This document shows, piece after piece, positions 13,646 through 26,998 of a DNA stretch of 64,000 nt. Made by a program: the position numbers and the translations under genes. The first letter of the stretch is position 1; every line of letters starts with the position of its first letter. Origin of the DNA: Vermamoeba vermiformis (Eukaryota); assembly GCA_045837725.1 (NCBI GenBank), contig JBEWZL010000212.1, positions 62,001 to 126,000 on the forward strand, in the 5' to 3' direction. The notes under the pieces were generated by a model. The model was given only the letters and a program-made list of their open reading frames with translations. It did no database searches and was not told the origin of the DNA.

Positions 13646-16600
13646 TTAATTCCATTTCTTGGTCCACGTTGAGAAGTCGTTAGTAGGTGGGTAATTGGGA
13701 GGCTGCGGCATGGGTGGCGGAGGTTGATTGGATGCAGTAGGTACGTAACCGGCGTAAGGACTCGGTGCCATATAAGGGTACGGTGCTCCGTAGCCTGGTT
13801 GAGGGGGCATGTAGTTCAGGTACATCTGATCCGTACTAGGCCAATGCGGGACCGCTACTGTAGAGTGAAACGGACCGGATCCAGGAGGTTTAACCATATT
13901 AGGCAAACTAGCGTCGATTTGATTGATAGAAGGCAAGCTGCCGCCAAAGCTGTTCAAAATTGAGGGATTTTGTGGATGCGGTCCCTCGCCATCGCATTGC
14001 GGCAATCCAACATTACTATATTTGGCAATTGGTAAATTTAAAGCAGGGTACTCTTCATCGGCATAATACCTCTTGTTCTTGGACTGTTTGACGACCAGTT
14101 CCATCTCGTCCTTATGTTCTAAAAATAGCTGGCGATACTCTGGCAGATTGACGTACTCCTTCCATGACAATGCGACGTAGAATCGACAATAGGCCTTCAA
14201 ACGATGCGCACGGACTTTGATAGCCAATCCAAATATGGAAAGTAAGCTGGATGCGTCCAAAAATTCCAGCATTGCTTTCTCGCACCGGAGCTTGAGATCG
14301 AGGACTCGGTACGTGCTCGCCAGGGTCAGCAAGTCCTCAACAACGCGTCTATTCCTTTTTAGTAGAATTTTGTTGAGGCTCTCGACGGCATCCAGACCCA
14401 AGTACATAAACTGCAATACTAATGAAAACAACTCCGAATCCGTTTCGTTCGGGGCGATCCACTCGTGTTGCTCCGCGCTGGCTTCGGGGTCTTCGGAAAA
14501 TAGGTCATTGAAGAATCCACTTCTTGCGGCTAGGACCCATTTATGACCAAAGAAGGGCTTGTTGTTGACAAAAAGCCGGATGTCGGATGTATGCTTGTCG
14601 TTGTAGAGGCTATTGAAGGCATTCGTAGGAATTCTGATTATATGACCGTCTTCTTTGTATAATTTCTTGTCCTTAAATTCTAAGGGGTATTTCTTGAGCA
14701 GATCTCGCAAGTTTTTGTACCGTTCTTCGGATCGAACGATAACTTTGCCAGTGTAGAGCAATTTGAGCAAATTCCTAAAGTCGACATATTTGACACCTTC
14801 TACGGTTATTGTTTGGCCTCTCTTCTTCTTTTTGTTGCATAGGTCGCGTAGAGGATCCGATCGCGACGAAACAAGTGATTTGTGCGCTATATAAACATGA
14901 TAGCGTTAATATAATGTTATCATAATAGACTGATGTAAAATGATCATTCGAGCGGCGAGATCTGATTTTGGAGGTACAGTGGGACATGACGCGTGTCAAA
15001 ACGTGATATAGGACAAGTCCGTCCCGTATATAGCATTAATATCGAATCAAATTTGTGTAAAGGCAGTTGCATTATGCCAATAAATTGTTGGATTTAAAAT
15101 TTGAAGCGCAGGAAATATCAAAATGAATTTTTACGAGATCCGAAAATTACCCACAAAGACTATAAACCCCATTTTTAACCATTCAAATTTAAAAGTATGC
15201 AGTTTTCTACCGGAGCATCCGTTTTTAAAACAAAAGCAAACTTTCGGATGAAAAATAGATCCGGCAACACCGTATTTTTGACTTACCGCGCAAGTATTTG
15301 TTTTGAACGCGAAAATTGATATCTGACAGCATCTCGCTCATGAAAAACTGTTTCATGTCATACTCGAAGGTAGAATCCTCGACGGCTATATCTGGTTTAT
15401 ACTCTGAACACAAAAAGAAATTAATTTTATGTATTTTCTTTGCATAATTACTATTAACGAAGGAAAGATTGTTCAAATGATCTGAACGAGGATAATCAAT
15501 ATAAAATATAACTATCTCGTGGGTCATGGATATTAATTAATCTTGATGGAACGTTTCCTTTTTAGGAAATAAACACTTCTTTGGCCTTTGTCGAGTGCCA
15601 AGCAGTTGGTTAAAACGGATCTTATATTGAACACACTATTATAGGTGCTTAGACTTACCTGCGTTTAAAATTAAAAAGTTCTGATGATCATCCTCAATGT
15701 CAGCGGGTTCTTCCTCCGAATCGCATTTCATTGATTCATATTGATTGTAAGGACTATACAACATCATTTCCGCGTTAGGCAGGTTGATGCAGATCCATAA
15801 AGGCTCGAAATAGGCTGTCGCGCCTGGCTGCTGCCGGAAACTTGGCAGATCTCCGTCGGCAATTTGTCTCGCCCATTTTAGCGTTTCTGGAGTGGATATA
15901 AAAGCGTGAGTATTTCATCAACATAATCCACAGATCATCTGCGTTAATTATGATTGATCGACCACGTGTTTGACCATGCATATTTGGATTTTTTCGAGGC
16001 GCGTTGAATTTTGGGCAAGTCAAAAAAGTCAAATTGACGTTTTAAAACTTTAAATATGCTTACCGGTATCAACGTAATCTACATAGTTGACGGACTGCCA
16101 CGTGCCGTAATTTTTGTTGGATCCGCCGAACACATAAAGCCGATCACCTTTGACAACTACGGAATGAAACGCACGGGCTTGAGGAGCGCATCCGCGCATC
16201 TTGGCATTAGAGGCAAGTTTGTTTTCTATCATGAGCATTAGCTAATTGAGATGGACTGAAAATGTCGAACAAGTTTTTCCAAATAAGGAATTTTTGAAAA
16301 CTAAACTCGTGCAAGTGGGTCTATGGTTAATAAATTGAAATTGCTAATTGCAATGATTACTTACCAAAATCATACAAGCTGGCATCTGATCTCCACAACG
16401 CATCATTCCAATCTATTATTCCGTTTTCGCTCGTTGAAAAGCCACCAAAGAGGAAAATTTTTGCTTGATCCTCGTGCCTGAGATGTGCGTCAGTATTAAG
16501 TTCCGAAATAGTAATTATATTACAAAAAGCATATCTGCTCGCGGATCAATCCAATCCAATCCGCGCAACGATAAGCTTTAAAGCAGATCTATTATTAGAG

Positions 16601-17747
16601 GATGTCCCGCTTACGTACTTTATAAGTGTAGCGCTGTGACCCGCTCTTCTCGTAAGTTTGCCTTCGTACTTTATTTCAGACCATGTCCAGGTATCTATTG
16701 ATCCAAGGAGATTACTTAATTATTCAGAAAATTTCGACAATTAACATCGCTCAATCAGTTGTTCATTATTCCGGATTGTAGATGCATAAAAAGTAATCAA
16801 AGATCATCAAGTATATTACCTATATTAAGGACATGAATATCGTTTAATGCTATGATTCGGTTTTGGTCGGTTCGGGCCAATCCACCAACAATTAAGATTT
16901 CATTATCCGAGATGACGGTTGCTGAGTGGCAACAGCGAGCACCAGGCAAATTGCCAGATGCAATGACGCGTCGCCATTGTTTCGTATCTAAATTAAAGAA
17001 TAGCCGTCAATTCAATCCGTCAAAAACTATCTGCAATCCATATGGAGCACGTTAAAATTAACACAGGGTTCTCCCGGAGTTTTGTGAGTCACTTACCTTT
17101 GGACGCGACGTAGAGATCATTATGGAACTGATCCGTTTGACCACCGAATAGTACTATGACATCCCCTGCAATTTCTATTTAGCATCGGTGGACGAATTTT
17201 TGCGATACGAAAAACCGACGCGAAGTCGTCAATTCGGCAAATGTATATAAATTCGTGTGTATTATGGCTTACCTATTAAACTGACTGAAAAATTCCTAAT
17301 GCGTTGGACTTGGATGTCGCTGCTCGTGTTTCCAAGCTTTTGAAAACTTATAAATTCTATCAAATTGAATTATTATCAATTCATATTAATATTGCAGTTC
17401 TATTAAATCGTACCTTGTTGTTTTTCAGCGTAATGGATGCATACATTAGACGGGATGCTCCAGAAACAATTCTGTTCAGGGATGTGAATGCCCTCGCATG
17501 ATATACGGTCAGAGGGGGTATTATTGCTTTTAATATTCCTCCAGTAACCTATATAGCTTGGTGTTTCATCATTTCCGCTGTCAGTATCGTCTCCCATAAA
17601 CGCATCCACATTAAAACCTTCAGCTTTATAAGCCTGCAGTAATCGCTTGACTAAGACCGACTTCAATCCAGATGGCGACAAATTTCTGGATTTGAGCTCG
17701 TCGCGGAGCTTTAACACTTTCATCTCTTTCGGGTTTTCTATCTCCAT
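13646..17747 (-). CDS. SAP - Kelch repeats - BTB - BTB protein with Pro/Tyr-rich tail (LZTR1-like)
   Basis: First exon has a SAP motif (MKVLKLRDELKSRNLSPSGLKSVLVKRL) and splices in frame to Kelch repeats (IVLFGG, ARCCHSATV..ILIVGG, RAFHSV..LYVFGG); BTBs LSDINFRV and SDIRLFV..FFGHKWVLAARS. Confidence 0.8.
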
Positions 17748-17920
17748 TGGATCCGCTTAATTAATTCGTCAAATTGTATCGTTCTTGACCATCTTAATTA
17801 TCGGGCAGGAATGTGTTGTAATCTTCGCGTAGGAATAATGATCACCCGTAAAGCTTTTTTCGGCCTCTGTCAGGTTTTGTAATTTCGAGTGGGAAAACTC
17901 CCAAAGAACCCCCTTCAGTG

Positions 17921-18051
17921 AAAAATAAACGAGTCGGCGTCGAGTTCCGATGGATGCCAGCGTGTGCTCAACTATATATAGATTGTTGTCTCACGTTAAT
18001 AGGACGAACTGACGCCAAGTTGGATGGGATCGAGATCCACATCCACTCGCC
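17921..18051 (-). ncRNA. Candidate ~130 nt structured RNA (three-way junction), unassigned
   Basis: Terminal stem GGCGAGT/ACTCGTT, hairpin GGATG.GGAT-CTCG-ATCC.CATCC, long arm GGCGTC/GACGCC, AGTTC/GAACT, CGTG/CACG, CAAC/GTTG; ends TTTATTTTT; TATAAG at -29, TCAAACCCGTT at -73. Confidence 0.6.
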
Positions 18052-18074
18052 GGCGTAAGAAATTTATTACAGGA

Positions 18075-18124
18075 CTTATAAATCACAAAACATGCTCGAA
18101 ACTGAATTTACTAAACGGGTTTGA
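18075..18124 (-). promoter_or_regulatory. Putative upstream sequence element (TCAAACCCGTT, 18124-18114) plus TATA (18080-18075)
   Basis: The same 11-mer (one Y difference) lies at the same distance in front of the RNA candidate at 61581. Confidence 0.5.
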
Positions 18125-18136
18125 GCATATTGACCA

Positions 18137-20626
18137 TTAAGCTCCATTTTCTATCATTATTTTTAAAATCATTTCCTGATCGATGATTTCTTTCAAAAGA
18201 GATCCGACGGCTTGCGCTTTTGCTAGGGCACAGCTAAAGCTATAATATAATGTGACTATTAGGGAACACGCAAAGTAATAATATCTGTCAATAAGTGACC
18301 GCAGCAATTTCCATATTTAGTAAAATTAATAATTCAACAGGTAAGAATCATTTCAGATTAATACTAAGCTTAATTATAACGAGATTAGATTATTGACTTG
18401 AGGAAAATAACACAATCTTCAGAGATTGCGCGTAAAAAATTGTAGCAAAGTCATCAGACTTGATTAGTAGTATTCTTTTGGGACAATTGAAACACCGACA
18501 TACCTTTTGCCACTTTTAGAGTCCTTACTTCTATGGTACTCACATTTACCATCGACTATTTTCTCTAATTTGACGAAAATTTCTGGGATCCGAGATCTAA
18601 CTCCGGTATTAATACTCCTATCTTTGTACTTTCGTTTACAAACGCTCTCGAGCAATTCTTCCACTGTTCTGACATCACCAAAATGATTCTGCACGCCTAC
18701 ATATGGTCAGATTGATTTTGACCTACGGATGTACTCGCCTAGCTACGTACCTGCTTTATTCGCTATCCATTCTAAGCACGCAGTCTTGGAAGCTGGGTTC
18801 TAGAATTCAATTACAGAGTTACTTAATTGCACTTAATGCGCGTTAATTTCCAAATATAGCTTTTCGTGCTCCGAAGGTTGTTGCGGAATTTAACTACGGA
18901 AAATATCAAGACCGAAACGTTACCTTAGCAAAGAAGTTAACTGGAAACGTCTTTTGTTCGGGCAAATCAACGAACGCGCAGATCTCTTGCCATATAATGC
19001 TATAATTTTTGTCGCCTTGGTTGAAGTTTGAGTGCGGTATGCCATGGACATTTTCTTCCTTCCATAGTGCAGACCCGATATAACTAAATATAATCATTAA
19101 AGCTAGGGTAACATCGAATATTTTCTAGGACGGGCCGAAGGACTATTTTTAGCGTTGGATTATACTGTCCGAATAAATTAAATTGATTACGTTTGATTAC
19201 TTACTATGAAGGTACTGTTCCTGCGTCTATGAGTTTATGATAGGCCTTTAATCGGCCATCTTTGAAGCTAAAGGCATAAATTGCAATCTCGACTGGCAAA
19301 TGGATGTGATCTGAGGGCAGAGAGGTCTCAAAATCGATGATAAAGAACTTATGGCTCGCAAAGTACGTCTCTATTAATAATATTGCAAGTTAATTATCGG
19401 AATATCTTATCGATCATCCGTACACATGCAATAACAATACTTTAAAACTTCAAAATTAGCTAATTTATAAAATCGCAACACGTAATTTATCTGCTCGTGA
19501 ACGTACCTGGAATTGATTCTAATTTCAACGACGGTTTTGATGCGGATAATTGTGATTGAGATGCAGGAGGCAATTGTTGAGTATTTTGATTGAATTGATT
19601 GATTGTTGCTGGCACGTTATTGGCACCAGTGAATAAGTTGGCCTGTTGTATTAATCCCTGAATAGAGGCAGATCCTAATCCCGTCGGCAAATTGGCAGCG
19701 GCTCGCGATGAATTATTATTTACCGGAGCGGATCCTACAAACCCGTCGTCGTCATCTTCGTCATCCTATAACAAGAATAATGTTAAATATGCCTAAAGAT
19801 AGTACGCTAATTTCCATAAATTACAAAGCAATCTCAAGCCAGATAAAAAAAACCACTTTTGACATCTGTGTTCCACGACCAAACGTGCTTGTGTACCAAA
19901 GAAACTTCCAGTAGTAGCGAACGATTACTTAATAATACGACAATGCGTACTATAATCTGTTCTTTTTATCGATCTTACCGGTGGAACTCCAACCGCTGAC
20001 AACTTGATAACGTTTGGTTGATGTTGTTTTTTGCCGACTTTGCCTTTCAGCATTTGTAGATCGTTCTCGGTAACATCTGTATATGATACATATCGATTGT
20101 CAATCCTAGTGACTCGTCGCCTACGATAATCAAATTAGAGAATGACATCCAGGTAAGCAGCAGATCTAATTTCGATCCAGAAGCACAAATAGAAACGTTA
20201 AGCGTCATTAAAATACAGAAATATTATATTGTAAGTGTAGAATATATTTTCAATGATAAATAATACAAAGATGGTTAGAAAATTATTGGATCGTGCACTT
20301 ACTCGGCCTCTTGGCGGCTAGCGTCATTGGGAAAATCTAAAATAGCCCAACCACGTGATTTTGTCTCGCCATTAAATGTGTAAAAGGCGACCTTTGCATT
20401 CGTGATGCCAAATGGCGCATAAATACCTTGAAAAGTTGAAGAAAATTAAATTCTTATTCATCAAGTTGCTAATATACAGCACATCGCTATATTATAACAA
20501 TGGCTATTATTAAATAATATTAAAATAATTTACGCTGTAATTTGCAGGCTTAGAGAGCGCGATCTTACTTTTAAGTTGAGTGGCAGTAGTTTCAAATGGC
20601 AGTTTGAATACCTTCACGCGGGACAT
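18137..20626 (-). CDS. RRM - Maelstrom (MAEL) domain protein
   Basis: RRM (VKVFKLP...KSRGWAILDF), low-complexity linker, then MAEL signature IIDFET..LPVEIAIYAFSFKDGRLKAYHKLIDAG, VHGIP, CLEWIA, CEYH, SCALA (E-H-H-C-H-C set). Confidence 0.8.
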
Positions 20627-20848
20627 TTTGTACAATTAAAGGTATTATAATTATATTTACATAAAGTGCTATTGTGCTGTTCCGTTGGGCTTGAACAGTA
20701 ACCCGAAGATTTTTTCAGATTTCATTTTTCATTCTCCCTTTGCAAGTGAAAGCAATAAAGGTACGTTTCTATAATTGTAACAATACAAGCACAGTGTTGT
20801 ATCGAATGGCGACCGTATTCTAATATTGTCGTGGCTAGATTCAATACA

Positions 20849-22890
20849 ATGTCTGAACCAGAAAGCTACATCAAGCCTGAAATTTTGTTGGGCTCTGAGA
20901 CTCCTCCAGCCCCCGTTGCTTATAACAAGCGTGACTTGATTTTGTACGCTTTGGGTGTCGGTGCTACGGATTTGCGCTATGTTTATGAAGGAGGTACGAT
21001 AATTCTCATTTTTAGCAACTTATTTGGCCTAAAAAATTAAGAATAATAAGAATAATTGTATATTATGACTTTTTTGACCGTATTTATAGTTGCAATAATT
21101 GATACTGAATTTTTAAAATTATTTTTTAGATTCTGACTTCCAAGCCATTCCTACCTACTCCACTTGCTTCCCCTTCAAGGGAGATAGCTACGATATTGTT
21201 CCCTTCGGTGGTGGTTCCATGGCCTGTAAGTATAAGCTCTATAGCCTGCAATTTGTAAAGGTGCATCCAGATTTCCCTCGGTGCCCTTTCAATTATTACT
21301 CGTCAATTCATCGCGCTCCTTATCTAAAAATATCATATAGCTTTCCCTGGTGCCAAGTTCAACCCTGCCATGATCTTGCACGGTGAACAAGAGACCGAGG
21401 TGTTGTCGCATCCCATCCCTCTCGAAGGCAACTTCGTCAACAAATCCAAGGTGATTGGTGTTTACGACAAGGGCCAAGGCAAGGGCGCCGTCATTGTTCG
21501 TGAGACATTGACTGTTGACCCCGCTACCAACAAGAAGATCTTCAGAAACGTTACTACGATCTTTGTTCGTGGTTTGGGTGGATTTGGTGTAAGTCTAAAT
21601 TTAACCATGCGCGAAACAAATACAAACGCACGTGGTCTTTCTTTTTTTAATGCTCTTACGTACTGAACTTCGATGTTCATAGAGACTCACACAATCGAAA
21701 TTAAAAATTTACTAATATGTGATTCGCAATCACTTAGGGTGACCGTGGACCAGCTCCTCAAAACATTGAGCCTCCTAAGCGCGCTCCTGATGCCGTTCAA
21801 GAAGACAAGACTACCGCTAACCAAGCCTTGCTGTATCGTTTGTCTGGGTAAGTCGTCTATTTTTGATTCAAATTTTGCCGTCGTAGATCTGATGTTATGT
21901 AACTTGATTCGATTGCTATAGCCTCGTTGTATATAGACTAACGGTCTGTTCAGTGATTACAATCCTTTGCACGCGGATCCAATGCTGGCTCAAATGGTTG
22001 GCTTCAAGCAGCCTATTCTCCACGGTTTGTGCTCTTACGGCCACTCTTGCAGGTAAGTCATGCGCGACACAAATGTCAATTTGCCTTCAAAGGGGAACGG
22101 AAAGGGGACAGGACCGGATAATTTATTTTGTATAAACGACAAGTGACACGTGTACTCGGCGTTAATTGCGCATTTATGCAATTTACACGTGTCATCTTTG
22201 CGTTATATATGATTAAGTATTGACAATGACTAGTAACTAACGATCAACTTTCGTAGAGCCGTGTTGAACAAGTTCTGCAACAACGAGACCAAGAACTTCA
22301 AGCTCATCAAGGCCCGCTTTGCCAGCCCTGTCTTCCCTGGCGAGACTCTCGTCACTGAGATGTGGAAGGAAGGCAACCGCGTCATCTTCGTCACTAAAGT
22401 CAAGGAGCGCAATGTCGTACGTGTCGTTAAATGTGAATCTCGCTGCAGTGCTCGTAGTAACAATTACTTCGGTTAGGTTGTGATCAACAACGCTTGCGTC
22501 GAGTTGAACACTGGCAGCGCTGCTCCTAGTGCTGGCCCTGCCACTTTGAAGTCCCAGCCCGTGTTTGAAGCTATGGCCCAAGCTGTCAGCAAGAACGCAG
22601 ATCTGGTCGATAAAGTGAAGGGCGTGTTCCAATTCAACTTGAAGACTAAGGACGGTCAAACTGTTGTTTACACAGCTGACTTGAAGAACAAGCCTGGTCA
22701 AGTCAAGCAAGGTACTATTGAAGGTGTTAAGCCTGACTGCACTTTGACTGTTGCGGATGAGGACTACTTTGAAATTTCAACTGGAAAACTCAACGCCCAA
22801 CAAGCATTTATGCAAGGCAAGTTGAAGATTAGCGGTAATTTGATGTTGTCGCAAAAACTCAGCATGATCCAACAAGCAAGCAAGCTGTAA
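20849..22890 (+). CDS. Peroxisomal (R)-specific enoyl-CoA hydratase 2 (MaoC) - SCP2 protein
   Basis: [56 protein letters not shown]2 domain, C-terminal SKL. Confidence 0.93.
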
Positions 22891-23100
22891 ATTTGATCGA
22901 ACATCTCTGGCTCCAGATCTGTTTTGTACGACCTCTTTTTGTTATAAATACTGTAGTTACCAAACACTAGGAGTATAGGCGCTATTTTTCCGTTGTTAGC
23001 TAGGTACGGTTCTTTATGCTCAAGTGAGACTTTTTCAACTATTATTTTTCGTTTGTTTCAACACCAACAAGTACGATATTAGTACTATAATAACTAGACG

Positions 23101-24633
23101 ATGGCGCTAAACGCGGAAGATAAAGAAAACTTGGATATTACTGCCCAGAGACTGCGAGAGTTACTGCCAGCAGAACTTGCGAGGACTGATGTTGGTGCAG
23201 CATTAGACGACCCCGAAGAAAATCCACGATCATATTTGGCGTATTTATTACAGGAATGCTTTTCACCGTGGGAGAAGCCTGCTATTTGTAAGTCTGGAAT
23301 TCTGACTCAGATTCGTTTCTAAAATTATCTAAAATTATTCTGACTGTGCCAGTGGCAAAAAAAAGATATTGGATGAGTATTGGAGGTGTTAAATGCATGA
23401 TGGATTACTTGCAAGCACCAAATCTGCAGACTCGATTAATGGCAGCTCACGCGTGCTGGAATTTTGCTGAAAGCCGTAAGATAATATTATTTTAAATAAT
23501 TATTATTTATTCATCATTTTTAGTCGAATTCGAGAAACCTCAATACGAGTTAGGTGCGTTAGAAGAGATTGTCAAATTGATTCAAACCAAAACAGTCAAT
23601 AGTTATCATAGAAAAGCCTTATGCGAAGCAGCATTTGGTTGGTTATGGGGATTTTTAGAATATGGTACGAAAATACTGCATTATTTCAAAGATTTCTTTT
23701 GACACGTACTTAGATGAGACGTTGGATCCGGTGAATGAGCGAGGAGTAGTGCCAGTGCTTATTGAGTCAATAGGAGACCCTGATATGTCTATGACAGTCG
23801 TAATTGGTTGCATACAGAGTTGCGCTGTGCACGGTAAATGTTAACACAAGTTGATGGATCTCGCTCGCACTTTTACACATTATATTGCTTTCTTAAACTT
23901 AATAATACATAATACTAATATATATACTTATAGCTGGATGCAGAAAGTCTATTGTCGAAGCAAATGGAATTGCAAAATTGGTCGGTGTGGGTACAGGTGC
24001 TGAAGCGGATGTGACACAAGACATGCTCAATGCATTACATCATAGTGTAATTGCTCTAGCTCATCTTCTGAATGATGGTTAGTAATATTATGACTTATAA
24101 TCATATACTAAGCCAAATCTAATTATGATGTTGGTTCAGATCGGTTCAGACAACTTTGTATCGACGCGAAGGCACCAGAAAAAATTAATAATTTCTTAGA
24201 AACTAAAACAATAGAAGAAGTATCGAATATAGAAGACGAGCAATCGTTTCTTTGGCAAATTATGGCTCCGTTTTACAACCTCTGCGAATCTGATCACGTT
24301 GATGTCTATGAGGTCGGCGCTTTCTGCCTAGCTTATCTATCGCTACGACGTAAGTGTAATATAATAATATTTTTCGCTTATTAATCGATTATTCAAAAAG
24401 AATGCAATGTGGATCGTATGATCGCGCAAGAAATTCCGGCTAAGTTGCTTTGTTTGTCTTGGACGCGTAACAAAAGTGAACGATTTAAGACCTTAATTAC
24501 AAAAGCGAGCGATACACTGATCAAAAAGACTCCTGTACCAAATCTGAAGCAGATCTGCTATTACAAACTGTTAGACTTGCTTGGCTCCAAGAATTTAGCC
24601 CTAAAACTGAATGAATGTAATATAGTCATGTAA
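23101..24633 (+). CDS. ARM-like helical repeat unit 1 with C-terminal BC-box-like motif
   Basis: Spliced exons (IGGVKCMMDYL, AAHACWNFAE, GVVPVLIESI); ends VPNLKQICYYKLL; may splice on into unit 2 (see findings). Confidence 0.65.
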
Positions 24634-24910
24634 ATATCTTCTTTTTCCCGTCCTTGCTTACTTACAAAATCGAATCCGGAACAAGTAGATCAAATGCCCG
24701 AGCTTTAAAAAAAAATTCGGAATGATCTTTTAGACAAGTAATGTATTTATATCTATAATATAGTTATTCAATCCAAGTATGTCGTTCGGAAATTTCAACA
24801 AACAAGCCAAGGCAAATTAGTTTCAATTATCCAGCATTTTTTGTTTGTGCGCACACACTAACACCATCCATGACGTGACAATATTACTAGAATAGTATTT
24901 AAGTATATAT

Positions 24911-26724
24911 ATGTGTAGCACACTCGATCCCAAAGGTCAAACAGGCATTGTTGGCCTTTCTTTTGAGGTCAAAACGCAGATGGACGAACGGTTAGCCATT
25001 CTGGCGGATGAATGTGATCCATTAAGAGAAGCAACGCTATACAATTTAGCACAGGATTTTTCTGCGTCATGGCTGAGCAGTGAATCAAGTAAGAATCATC
25101 TTTGATTTTGCCTCCAATATTTCCGATCTTATTGAATAAGACAGAAAATTCGTTTTAGCGAACCTTTCGCTTAATTTAGTATTATTGTAATTACTGTAAT
25201 TTATTCTATGCCTAAACGTATTTTTTAAGCGAAGTTAATTTGACAGATCCCGTTCCGGACTATTTAAGAAATACCTTAATAACAGCTATTTTATTATTAG
25301 TGCCAAGAAAACGATATTGGCAACAAATAGGAGGTGTTGAAGCGATGATGAAGTATTTAACAGACGAAGATCAGCGGATGCGGTTGTTAGCAGTATACGC
25401 GTGCTGGAACTTCGCTGAGAACTGTAAGTAACATTAAAATTAATTATTATTAATATAATAGGACTTATATTAAGTATTATTTAGTGGAATTTTTGCGATG
25501 TGAGTACAATTTAGGAGCTTTACCGCATATAATTCGGTTTGTCAAGTCGGACGATCCAGACGAAAAAAATGCAGGCGTAGGATGGCTCTGGTCATTCTTA
25601 GAACAAGGTATATCATATATAATATACATATGTAATTATTAGAATATAATTAGCATTCAGATCTTGTCCAAAAGTTCGAGCTCGATTTTTATTTCAGATT
25701 GTTAGGGAAATTTCGTGTTTCAGTGAATGATTTTATTAATTTTATTTTACAGCGGAACTACTGCCGACAATGGAACAAGAAGGCGTGATTGAGATTTTAG
25801 TCAATTCCATCCGCGACACAAGATTTCATTTGCAGCTCCTCGTGGGGTGTTTGCAGAGCTGCGCGATATGTCGTAAGTAAAAGGACATATGACCTGCAAA
25901 TATTAATTAATATGAACGGTGGTTAATATTGTTGTGTAGCGGCGTGTCGGAAAAAAATGGTGGATCTGAACGTGATCGAGAAATTGACAGCAGTAATTAA
26001 GCAGAATAAGGACCTAGCAGCTCATTATACTGGTGCTCATAAAGCCATTCATCACGCTGCCATAGCATTAGCTCATCTACTTAACGATGGTACGAAAAAA
26101 TAATTGGAGCTATTTTTTCCTTTTTTGGCAAGTCAGTACTGACCTCGATTTCATTCTAGAGCGGTTCACTGAACGAACAAAAAGCGTCCAAGTTGACGAA
26201 ACTTTGCGGTATTTTATGGCGTCGTTTTCACCGAAAGAAGTATACGAGCTTGAAAAACAACTAGGTTACAGCTGGCAGAATTTGCAGCCATTTTACACTT
26301 TGTGCGAATCACTGGTGCCTGAAGTATATCACATGGGTGCTTTTTGCATGGAATTTCTCTCGTGGGATGGTACGGCGTGAAAAAATATCTTGACAGTGAA
26401 AAATATTTTTTATCTTTAAAATCAAATTAAATTAGCTATAATAGTATATTATTAATATAGTATAGGGAAGTATATTAATACGAGTGGTTTATTATAGGAA
26501 CGTCGGGACAAAAAATGGTGGATCAGGACATCGTTCAAAAATTAGTTTGTTTGTCGTGGATGAAGAATAGAGGCACTCAATTTATCGAGCATATTAATCA
26601 GGCCTTAAATAATTTAAAATTATATTATTCGGCGCCTACATTGAAGCAGATCTGTTACTTTAGGCTGCTAGAAAATCATGGCAAAAATTTACGAGCAATG
26701 TTAGAGGCCTATCATTTACTGTAG
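24911..26724 (+). CDS. ARM-like helical repeat unit 2 (duplicate of unit 1) with BC-box-like motif
   Basis: Paralogous motifs (IGGVEAMMKYL, YACWNFAE, QSCA, LAHLLND, KLVCLSW, APTLKQICYFRLL) and several shared intron positions. Confidence 0.65.
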
Positions 26725-26998
26725 TATAATGTACATATTAATTCAGCGTAATTCCTGTAAATAAACATCGATTAGCGGTTCAAAACTCACTCTTGAAAAC
26801 TGCGGCCTTAAATGCCTAAGGATCTACATCCGTTCAATTACGATTGACTTCAACAACAGAACTATTATAATTTAAACGAGCCATTATATTCGCTTTGAAT
26901 AACCGCCAATAAAACATCGAAATCAAAACAGATCTCTCAGAAAGGTCTGGATCTGGGAAAATGAACAGAAACCAAAAAAAAAGAAGTAACCAGGGTAT

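Noticed and set aside
18020-18029. TTGGATGGGA matching the 5S rRNA C-box on the + strand
   Set aside because: Only 10 nt; the rest does not match 5S, and G-U pairs, TATA and the T-run indicate the opposite strand.
17890-18062. U1 snRNA variant reading (CTTAC near the 5' end, GATCTCGA loop, GGGGG..TTTTCCC 3' hairpin)
   Set aside because: No AUUGCAC U1A loop, non-canonical Sm site, no four-way junction; TATA spacing and the terminal stem favour a start near 18051.
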